Shown here in pieces: positions 1-6,715 of a stretch of 64,000 nt of DNA. The stretch spans positions 3,997-67,996 of IMG/VR virus record IMGVR_UViG_3300033148_007258; one strand, written 5' to 3'. Under the pieces are notes generated by a model. The model saw only the letters and a program-made list of their open reading frames with translations. It made no database searches and had not been told where the DNA came from. A program made the translations under genes and the position numbers. The stretch comes from a virus. Positions within the stretch are counted from its first letter, which is position 1. Every line of letters starts with the position of its first letter.

Positions 1-2
1 TT

Positions 3-752
3 GTGTTGTTTGTGGTTGGCGATATTGCTGCGGGGAATTTTTACCCGAAGCAGCCCTGGGAACTGGACATGAACGAGATCGAGCAGATTTTTTTCGCAAT
101 TGAGGATTTGGGTTCGCGGCTGCGGGAGCTTCGCACTCATTTTACGCATATATCAGTATATTGGGTTCCGGGCAATCACCGGTGGAACAGCAAGAAGGAT
201 CAGGCGCACTGGACATGGTTGCCGGACTTTTTAATCGGGCGGTCTTTACAGATGCTTCTCAGGAATATTGAGGGGATTGAATTTTATATTTCCAACAGTC
301 CAAAGATGGTGGTTCAGCGCGGCAAGAAGCTGTTTTGTCTGGGGCACGGGCAGGATGCGCGTTCGTTTGTAGGTATTCCCTATTACGGCATAGACAGGGT
401 GTACCGGCGGCTGGCAAATTTAACAAAGGTGTTGATTGATTATTATCTGATTGGCCATTTTCACGAGGCGGCGAATTTGAGCGGCGGCGCAATATTCATT
501 AACGGCTGCGTTCCGGGCGGGTCGCAGTTGAGTATTAACCGCATGAACGTAACTTCTCTGCCGAGTCAGAAAATATGGATGTTTCACCCGCGCGAAGGCG
601 TAAACCGGGAATCTAACTTGTGGCTTGATAAGGCGCCTGAGCTTGAGGCTGACGAGCGGGGGATTTTAACGCCGTATAATGATTTCGGGGACCAGAAGGA
701 GCTACCGGTCGCTGATTGCGATACGCGGGGCGTTGACCGCCCGCGGCGATGA
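3..752 (+). CDS. Calcineurin-like metallophosphoesterase (5'-truncated by window edge)
   Basis: GD, PGNH, GHG and GHFH metal-binding motifs in the expected order. Confidence 0.8.
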   Translation: MLFVVGDIAAGNFYPKQPWELDMNEIEQIFFAIEDLGSRLRELRTHFTHISVYWVPGNHRWNSKKDQAHWTWLPDFLIGRSLQMLLRNIEGIEFYISNSPKMVVQRGKKLFCLGHGQDARSFVGIPYYGIDRVYRRLANLTKVLIDYYLIGHFHEAANLSGGAIFINGCVPGGSQLSINRMNVTSLPSQKIWMFHPREGVNRESNLWLDKAPELEADERGILTPYNDFGDQKELPVADCDTRGVDRPRR

Positions 753-1066
753 GGCTTATAATAAAGGGAGGGTATATGGAAAACAATATTAATCTTTATC
801 AGTTGACAACAAGTTCTGGAAGGTTTAGTGATATACGGGGTACTTTTTATGTGGTTGCGGGTGATCCTACTACGGCGCAGGACGTATTGATGGGGATGTT
901 AAAGGAAGCGGATTATGGGGCAGGGCAATATAAAAAGGTTATAGCCATTAATTTACTTGCAGAGGGAGTAAAAAAAGCAGCAGATGGAGCGCCCCGCTTC
1001 TGCCTTGATGATAACAGCGCTCTTTTTGATGATAATAAATTGATTATTGCGAGCGACCGGCAATAG
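749..1066 (+). CDS. Hypothetical protein (start may be ATG 776)
   Basis: ORF with GGAGG upstream of ATG 776. Confidence 0.6.
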   Translation: MRLIIKGGYMENNINLYQLTTSSGRFSDIRGTFYVVAGDPTTAQDVLMGMLKEADYGAGQYKKVIAINLLAEGVKKAADGAPRFCLDDNSALFDDNKLIIASDRQ

Positions 1067-1084
1067 GTCTTTGCGTTGGAGCGA

Positions 1085-1123
1085 GAAAAAGGGGGAGCCG
1101 TGTTGATTGCCGGTTCCCCCTTT
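1085..1123. terminator. Bidirectional intrinsic terminator
   Basis: AAAGGGGGAGCCG...CGGTTCCCCCTTT stem between convergent genes; T-tract on the minus strand. Confidence 0.7.
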
Positions 1124-1146
1124 GCGTTGTGCGCCCGCGCCGATTG

Positions 1147-1446
1147 TTATGAAAGCCTGAGCAACCCCTTTGCCGCGCGGATGGCATCGCGGTTTTTAGT
1201 TGCCCGCTCCGACCATATCTCGTCAGACATTGAGTGGCATTTTCCGCGCGTATCGATGGCTGCCTCATATGCCGCTTCTGTTGCGTCGCGGCATATAACT
1301 AACGACGCCACGTTTTCCCAGTTGCCATGATGCCATCGCAACACTGCCCGTTTTTCCCGGACAGCCTCCTCGATGGCTGACAAACCGATTAATTTGGGGC
1401 CTTCTTCTTCAGCCCCTGCGTAATAACAATACATTTCTTGTTCCAT
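1147..1446 (-). CDS. Small hypothetical protein
   Basis: GGAGGTG RBS; last gene of minus-strand cassette. Confidence 0.65.
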   Translation of the reverse strand: MEQEMYCYYAGAEEEGPKLIGLSAIEEAVREKRAVLRWHHGNWENVASLVICRDATEAAYEAAIDTRGKCHSMSDEIWSERATKNRDAIRAAKGLLRLS

Positions 1447-1494
1447 GTCGCACCTCCGTTTTTTACAGTAATTAACAGATTTCTGGCGGCTTTG

Positions 1495-1692
1495 TCAAGC
1501 GGTTTCTGTGCCGTATATTTCTTCAGCATCTTCAATATAGGACAGCAGATAAACCGCCACGTAGTGTTTCCCGCACTTTGGGCACTCAACGTGCCGGTCA
1601 ATGCCTTGAGCGTCCGAGAACGCTGTTTCCCATTCGTCTGGCGGCGTGCCGCATTCCGGGCACACTAATTCTTTTAATTTTAACTCGTTCAT
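1495..1692 (-). CDS. Small zinc-ribbon protein
   Basis: CPEC...CPKC; GGAGGTG RBS. Confidence 0.65.
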   Translation of the reverse strand: MNELKLKELVCPECGTPPDEWETAFSDAQGIDRHVECPKCGKHYVAVYLLSYIEDAEEIYGTETA

Positions 1693-1724
1693 CTTGCACC
1701 TCCGTTTTTAGCAGGGCGGGACTG

Positions 1725-1958
1725 TTAATGTTGTACTATCCGGAACCCGATCGCCGCCCGCACTTCTGACGGTAAATCGATAGGGTTGACTTTGCGCTCT
1801 TTTACCATAGGCTCCCGCAGGTCTGCTGTTTCGCAGCAATACTGATTGACGCCCTGCGGCGACAGTGCGTTTATCGACATACTGTATACACCCGTGCCGA
1901 TTATCACAGTATACCGGTCGAGGGTTGCCCCGCCGTTATCATAGATTGTTATTTTCAT
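1725..1958 (-). CDS. Small phage hypothetical protein (YDNGG..DRYTV type)
   Basis: GGAGGTGTGAAATG start context. Confidence 0.7.
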   Translation of the reverse strand: MKITIYDNGGATLDRYTVIIGTGVYSMSINALSPQGVNQYCCETADLREPMVKERKVNPIDLPSEVRAAIGFRIVQH

Positions 1959-2024
1959 TTCACACCTCCATTATTACGGCGGGGCGTTGTGCGCCCGCGC
2001 CGATTTGAGTTATATGTGAAGCTG

Positions 2025-2360
2025 TTATTTCACGAATCTAAAAATATTATCACTGATTGTCTCAAGCGGAAAGTCGTTATTGACTCCGCCGGTATAGTCT
2101 TGATAATTTTTTGCCGTACGGATTAGAAAATAATTCCACCAGCGGACATCGCCGACCTTGAAATAATATATTTTTCCGCTGTTTGTAGTGAGAAAGCCGT
2201 AAAGCTCGAAATGTCCCCGATGGTATGTAATGTTTTTCACGTACGGTTTTACGAGTGCGGTAAATTCTTGTTTGAATAGCTTGTAAAAAGCATTAAATTC
2301 AGGCGTTAAACCCGTTGAAGACTGAAAGCCAGCCTTAAATAATTGTGTTGATTCTTCCAT
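2025..2360 (-). CDS. Hypothetical protein
   Basis: GGAGGTGTGAAATG start context. Confidence 0.7.
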   Translation of the reverse strand: MEESTQLFKAGFQSSTGLTPEFNAFYKLFKQEFTALVKPYVKNITYHRGHFELYGFLTTNSGKIYYFKVGDVRWWNYFLIRTAKNYQDYTGGVNNDFPLETISDNIFRFVK

Positions 2361-2454
2361 TTCACACCTCCGCTGTTATATCTTTTTGTGTAGTGCCGGA
2401 TACTGCAATAACAAAAGCTCTTATTGCGGCTTTTAGCAGTATCGGGTAATTACT

Positions 2455-2622
2455 TCACGAAAGATCGGGGATCACAAGATGGCTTCTGCTTTCCACGCCA
2501 TCTCTTACAATTTTCATTGTGCAGGTTGCCTTGTACTTCCGATAATTCGTTTTTACGAACTCGTCTACTTCATCAATAGACTTAGTTCGTAATACTGCCT
2601 TGACGATGTAACTTTTTTTCAT
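2455..2622 (-). CDS. Small hypothetical protein
   Basis: GGAGGTCTGCT-ATG at 2622. Confidence 0.6.
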   Translation of the reverse strand: MKKSYIVKAVLRTKSIDEVDEFVKTNYRKYKATCTMKIVRDGVESRSHLVIPDLS

Positions 2623-2645
2623 AGCAGACCTCCGCAGTTGTTTCA

Positions 2646-2699
2646 AGCCTCGTCAGTGCCGGTATGTCCGGCAGACCGCCCGTAGGGGCGGTTTCGGCT
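2646..2699 (-). ncRNA. Hammerhead ribozyme, type II permutation
   Basis: Minus strand: AGCC-GAAA-CCGCCC(CUAC)GGGCGG-UC-UGCCGG(ACAUA)CCGGCA-CUGACGA-GGCU; complete catalytic core and three paired stems. Confidence 0.9.
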
Positions 2700-2898
2700 A
2701 CGAAAATAAAGGGCGCGCGCTCGTATACTCGGGCACAAGCCCCTCGTTCACGTCCCGCGCAAAAGCCCTCGCGGCTACGGGACGTGTAAACATAAACAAC
2801 TCAGTGTGCGGCAAGTGCATCACGTTATGTGTTGCACTGCCACTTTCACAGGCGGCACAAGCAAGCACAACCTCAACTATATATTCTTTTGCATTCAT
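2698..2898 (-). CDS. Small hypothetical protein
   Basis: GGAGGTGTGAAATG start context. Confidence 0.6.
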   Translation of the reverse strand: MNAKEYIVEVVLACAACESGSATHNVMHLPHTELFMFTRPVAARAFARDVNEGLVPEYTSARPLFS

Positions 2899-3152
2899 TT
2901 CACACCTCCATGAGACCGCAATTTCTCGACCGCGATCTCAGCCTTGCAATCATCGCACAAGGCTATGTTGTTTACCTCCGCCGATTTTGTCTCATTGCGA
3001 GACAACGGATTGTGACAACACCCGCAGCTATCTATAGTGATCGATCCGAGACCGAGCCCCTCCGGCTCAGCCGGTACAACATACGTTGGATAATTACCCG
3101 TACGAGCCAACCGTCGCACATTGTCTTGCACATTTTCTTGATACGTTCTCAT
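2895..3152 (-). CDS. Small Cys-containing hypothetical protein
   Basis: GGAGGTGTGAAATG start; CGCC and CDDC motifs. Confidence 0.6.
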   Translation of the reverse strand: MRTYQENVQDNVRRLARTGNYPTYVVPAEPEGLGLGSITIDSCGCCHNPLSRNETKSAEVNNIALCDDCKAEIAVEKLRSHGGVK

Positions 3153-3215
3153 TTCACACCTCCGATTATGTTGTTTATTGTTTTACAACTGTTAACTCAA
3201 AGTTTAAAAAAAGAG

Positions 3216-3368
3216 CTATTTGAATTTACCTTCAGCTTTTAACTGCTTAATATATTCTTTTAGCATTGTTTCAACTTGATTATTGAAACTGCGATTATTC
3301 ATTAATGCCTGCCTGTTAATATCTTTAATCAGGCTATCTTCAATTCTTATTCCCTTAAGGGTTCGCAT
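3216..3368 (-). CDS. Arc-like ribbon-helix-helix regulator (50 aa, below ORF-track cutoff)
   Basis: MRTLKGIRIEDSLIKDINRQALMNNRSFNNQVETMLKEY; RSxN motif; first gene after the promoter. Confidence 0.7.
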   Translation of the reverse strand: MRTLKGIRIEDSLIKDINRQALMNNRSFNNQVETMLKEYIKQLKAEGKFK

Positions 3369-3407
3369 GTTGCACCTGTTTTACTTCTGTTTTACTTTGT
3401 TGTACGC

Positions 3408-3436
3408 AATATAACATATATAGTTCCATTTGTCAA
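3408..3436 (-). promoter_or_regulatory. Sigma70-type promoter of the minus-strand cassette
   Basis: TTGACA-17 nt-TATATT with extended -10 TG. Confidence 0.75.
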
Positions 3437-3562
3437 GTACTTTTTTTCGAGTATTCCCCTGCGCGCGCCGTAACTTGTTGTAATTGCTGGCGGATACAAC
3501 GGTAAAAAAAGTTTCTAAGGGCATTACCCCGCAAAAGCCGCGCAGGGCTAAAAATAAAAAGT

Positions 3563-3783
3563 AACTTAGAAAAGAAGGCTATTTTTCCCTGTAACCCCTT
3601 GTTGGTACATACGTTACAGGATTCCCAAAAATGAGAAAAAGAAGGTGAAAAGAAGGCAAAAAAGAAGGTAAAAAAGAAGGCTATTTTCGCCCGTAACTTA
3701 TTGCCAGTAAATGCCTTACAGGATTCCTAAAAATAAGAAAAAGAAGGTAAAAAAGAAGGTAAAAAAGAATAATCTAACAATAC
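3563..3783. repeat. AAAAGAAGG iteron-like array inside an imperfect ~102-bp tandem duplication
   Basis: About 7 copies of AAAAGAAGG; blocks 3571-3646 and 3673-3748 align. Confidence 0.8.
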
Positions 3784-3796
3784 TACAAAGAAAATA

Positions 3797-3890
3797 ATAC
3801 TGTAGTAGTAGTAATAGTGTAGTATAGTAGTAGTAGTTATAGTGTAGTAGTATTAATAATCTGTAGTAGTTATAGTGTAGTATTATTTTC
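3797..3890. repeat. AT-rich GTA/TAG low-complexity tract
   Basis: Repeated gtagtagt and tatagtgtagt units. Confidence 0.75.
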
Positions 3891-4722
3891 TGTCATAAAT
3901 CCACTTTACTGCCATATTTCTGTTTTTACTACAACCACTCTATTACAAACCTTTACCACGCCACTCATTACACAACCTTACTACTTCACTGTCGCGATCC
4001 ATCGTTGCGCCCGGTCAGTGCCGCTCCTTGTGTCAGGAGGCTTAGACCAACCGCAAGCACCTTTGCGCTTAGCAGCGCTATCTGACTACCTTACTGACTA
4101 CTTTCGACCATTCTTTTAAGCACAATTCGTATTATTCTACGAGCACGTGGGGGATGCCGATTTTATTCCGGGCGGTCGCCCAGTAAAAACTGAGCACAAA
4201 TAACAATCGGGGCAATTCCCGGCTGTTAAGCACGATCCCGGCACGTCAATGGACTGGCAGTCCGTTGACCCATTGCTTGTATGTGCCGTAATATCAGCGT
4301 GTTACAGCGCACTGGCGGGAGCGCGGTATCAACACGGGTACTAACTTTTGAGGTAATTTGCGGCGGCGTGGGCGCTGTACCGGCGTTGATGGATTGTATC
4401 GCGGGTGTGTGCGCGCGACTCAATGACGCCGCCACCGCTCACGTGCGGGCGTATCCCATGTTGTATAGCAACGTCCTTGTGTGCGCAAAAAATTTTGAAA
4501 AAAATTTCTAACACTAAGGAAATACAAGGAGTTAGGATATGCGCGGATGGGTGGTGATATGGATTAAAGTAAGGGGGAGAGGCTACGGGAGATAGGGGGA
4601 CTGGGGAGTGTGGTGGGCGTGCACATTATTTTGATACCGAGAAAGCGGGGATACGGGCAAGAAATAACCCCGTCACGGTTTCGTGGTGACAACAGGTGAC
4701 GGGGGTCAGATTTAATAAAATC

Positions 4723-4786
4723 GGGGGAGCCTTTAGGAAAGGACACAGGGGTTAGCGCCCTGTGAGGCGGGTTCGACTCCTCCACT
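4723..4786 (+). pseudogene. Degenerate tRNA-like element
   Basis: D-like arm, CACAGGG/CCCTGTG hairpin, GGTTCGACTCC T-loop; acceptor stem poor. Confidence 0.3.
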
Positions 4787-4941
4787 ATATACACGATTAA
4801 AGGGCGGAGAAAGTTCCTTTTTTATTGATAATGAATTTTTTAAGGGGCATGGAGGGGGCGCGAAAAAAAGTTGAGAAATAGCTTTGAAAACAGTGATTGG
4901 GTTTTATATTAAGGTCGACGAGGTTGATAAAGGGAGTAGAA

Positions 4942-5322
4942 ATGAACAGGCGGAACGTATTAAAAGTTTTGGGCGTGGGGGCGTTGGCGCCGATGGCGTT
5001 TTTAAAAAACATATTTAAATTTGGCAACAAAAGGATCAGTGGCGATGTTGAATCGGGTCAAGTGCTGCAGATGTGCTGGGGTGTACATTTACATCCGGTT
5101 CACGGCAGATTGCCTGGTGTTCCACCTGGTGTTGATATAATTTCACCCAGGGGGTGCATACTCGCCGGGGAAATAAGGGACGTTGCTGTTGAACAACCAG
5201 ACCAGCGGTGTATGCTCACGGGGATAGACCTCCCTGATAAAATCTATAAATCTCGGCAACGTTTGTTGAATGATGGTTATAGGGTTGTATCTGGAGCAAG
5301 TGATGTTATTAGGGGTGTTTAA
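4942..5322 (+). CDS. Hypothetical protein with twin-arginine-like leader
   Basis: MNRRNVLKVLGVGALAP; GGAG RBS. Confidence 0.6.
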   Translation: MNRRNVLKVLGVGALAPMAFLKNIFKFGNKRISGDVESGQVLQMCWGVHLHPVHGRLPGVPPGVDIISPRGCILAGEIRDVAVEQPDQRCMLTGIDLPDKIYKSRQRLLNDGYRVVSGASDVIRGV

Positions 5323-5503
5323 GAGTGTATCTAAAACAAGTGATGTTATTAGGGGTGTTAAGGTTCCTAAGAGTGTTTATGAGGAGCAACTTGAAATTGA
5401 AAAGCCGTTTATTTGTCGCATGGTGTCTCCTGAAGATTTTACGTCTTGGAGAAGTATATTGGTATCTAATTTAGAGGCAAGGAGCAAAAATGGAAACGGG
5501 TAG
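5270..5503 (+). CDS. Probable C-terminal fragment of the upstream gene
   Basis: Repeats the SDVIRGV peptide via a 40-bp-period duplication. Confidence 0.4.
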   Translation: MMVIGLYLEQVMLLGVFKSVSKTSDVIRGVKVPKSVYEEQLEIEKPFICRMVSPEDFTSWRSILVSNLEARSKNGNG

Positions 5504-5684
5504 GATTCCTTGTGAAGAATGGCAGGGAATAAAAGGCGCTGTTGTTAAACAGTCAGACTTGCAGCGTGCGGGTGAAGCTCTGTGTGATGAGATTTTAGAG
5601 GATCAACAATATATACACTATATTGAGGGTAATAAATGGAAGCGCATAAGAAGAAAAGGTTGGAAGAGGATGGCTGGGCGGTAG
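5490..5684 (+). CDS. Hypothetical protein
   Basis: AGGAG RBS; overlaps neighbours. Confidence 0.5.
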   Translation: METGRIPCEEWQGIKGAVVKQSDLQRAGEALCDEILEDQQYIHYIEGNKWKRIRRKGWKRMAGR

Positions 5685-6115
5685 GCGACGCAGAGGAATT
5701 TTTGGGGATAGATAAACTTAATCAGCTACAAGGGGCTGAGGCGCATAAAAAGCATTATGTTGTTTATTATGGGGGCATGCGCGGGAAGATACATTCCATT
5801 TTTAAAAAAGCATTTAATCCATATATTAAGATACGCGATGTATTAACCGACAAACTGATTGTTTGTTATTATCCGAAGAAATCATACGGGGAAATAGTGC
5901 GGTTATTGGAAGAGCGAGATTCAACGGTGGCTGTTTTTGGTAGAATAATAGCGGATCGTACAGACCATTCGATTATTCAGATTTGGGCTGAGAAGTTTGA
6001 AGTTTTGCCGAAATATCAAGAGGGCGATAGGGAAAAATTTATTGGTTGTGCCCCAGATTTGACAGGGGGATTGTCTTCTGAAGAATACATCAGGAGGAAT
6101 CGTGGTGGCGAATAA
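5636..6115 (+). CDS. Hypothetical, apparently chimeric protein
   Basis: N-terminus KKRLEEDGWAVGDAEEFLG resembles leaders of XRE-type antitoxins. Confidence 0.55.
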   Translation: MEAHKKKRLEEDGWAVGDAEEFLGIDKLNQLQGAEAHKKHYVVYYGGMRGKIHSIFKKAFNPYIKIRDVLTDKLIVCYYPKKSYGEIVRLLEERDSTVAVFGRIIADRTDHSIIQIWAEKFEVLPKYQEGDREKFIGCAPDLTGGLSSEEYIRRNRGGE

Positions 6116-6136
6116 AAATTATAAAAAGGAATTAAA

Positions 6137-6715
6137 ATGAACAGGCGAAAGGCTTTAAACGTATTAGGCGTCGGGGCATTAATGCCGGTTGCTACGTTTG
6201 GTGGGTTGAGTAAGATTTTTGGGTTAGGGGAAAAAGCGGGCGAATATGGATTGTCCAAATGGGGTAAATCTTTTCTTGCGTGTTCTTTTTATAGTCCGCA
6301 CTATAATTTTTATCATCGTTCATATTATGGTTTTCCAGGGATTATTGTGAACGATATGAATATGTCTATGATGGAGAACGTTGTTCGGTCTCTTTTGTTG
6401 GAATGTCCTCAATATTGGGATTATGAGCATAGCTATCGTGATTTTGGTAAGGGGGAGGTTGTAGTCGAAAAGGAGATAGATGAACGCAACCGGCAAATGT
6501 TAAGGGCATATCAAAGGGCTGGTATTAAGAAACGGATTGCATGGGAGCCGAATTTGGGGCGGTTTAGTAATGAAAACAACTGGGGCTGGATGGATGATAG
6601 TGAGCGGAAAATCATTCTACTTGACAGGGGTATAATAAAAATAGCACAGGGCAACGCGAAAAATATTTTAAGACAACTGCCGTTGGATAAATTTTTGGGG
6701 ATAAGCAATGGGTAG
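6137..6715 (+). CDS. Hypothetical protein with twin-arginine-like leader
   Basis: MNRRKALNVLGVGALMP. Confidence 0.6.
   Translation: MNRRKALNVLGVGALMPVATFGGLSKIFGLGEKAGEYGLSKWGKSFLACSFYSPHYNFYHRSYYGFPGIIVNDMNMSMMENVVRSLLLECPQYWDYEHSYRDFGKGEVVVEKEIDERNRQMLRAYQRAGIKKRIAWEPNLGRFSNENNWGWMDDSERKIILLDRGIIKIAQGNAKNILRQLPLDKFLGISNG

Noticed and set aside
3563-3783. Possible CRISPR array
   Set aside because: Repeat units are ~9-11 nt or one ~100-bp duplication, with no constant repeat-spacer period and no cas genes.
4226-5030. Short ORFs in the divergent non-coding region
   Set aside because: No RBS or protein-like composition; they overlap repeats and hairpins.
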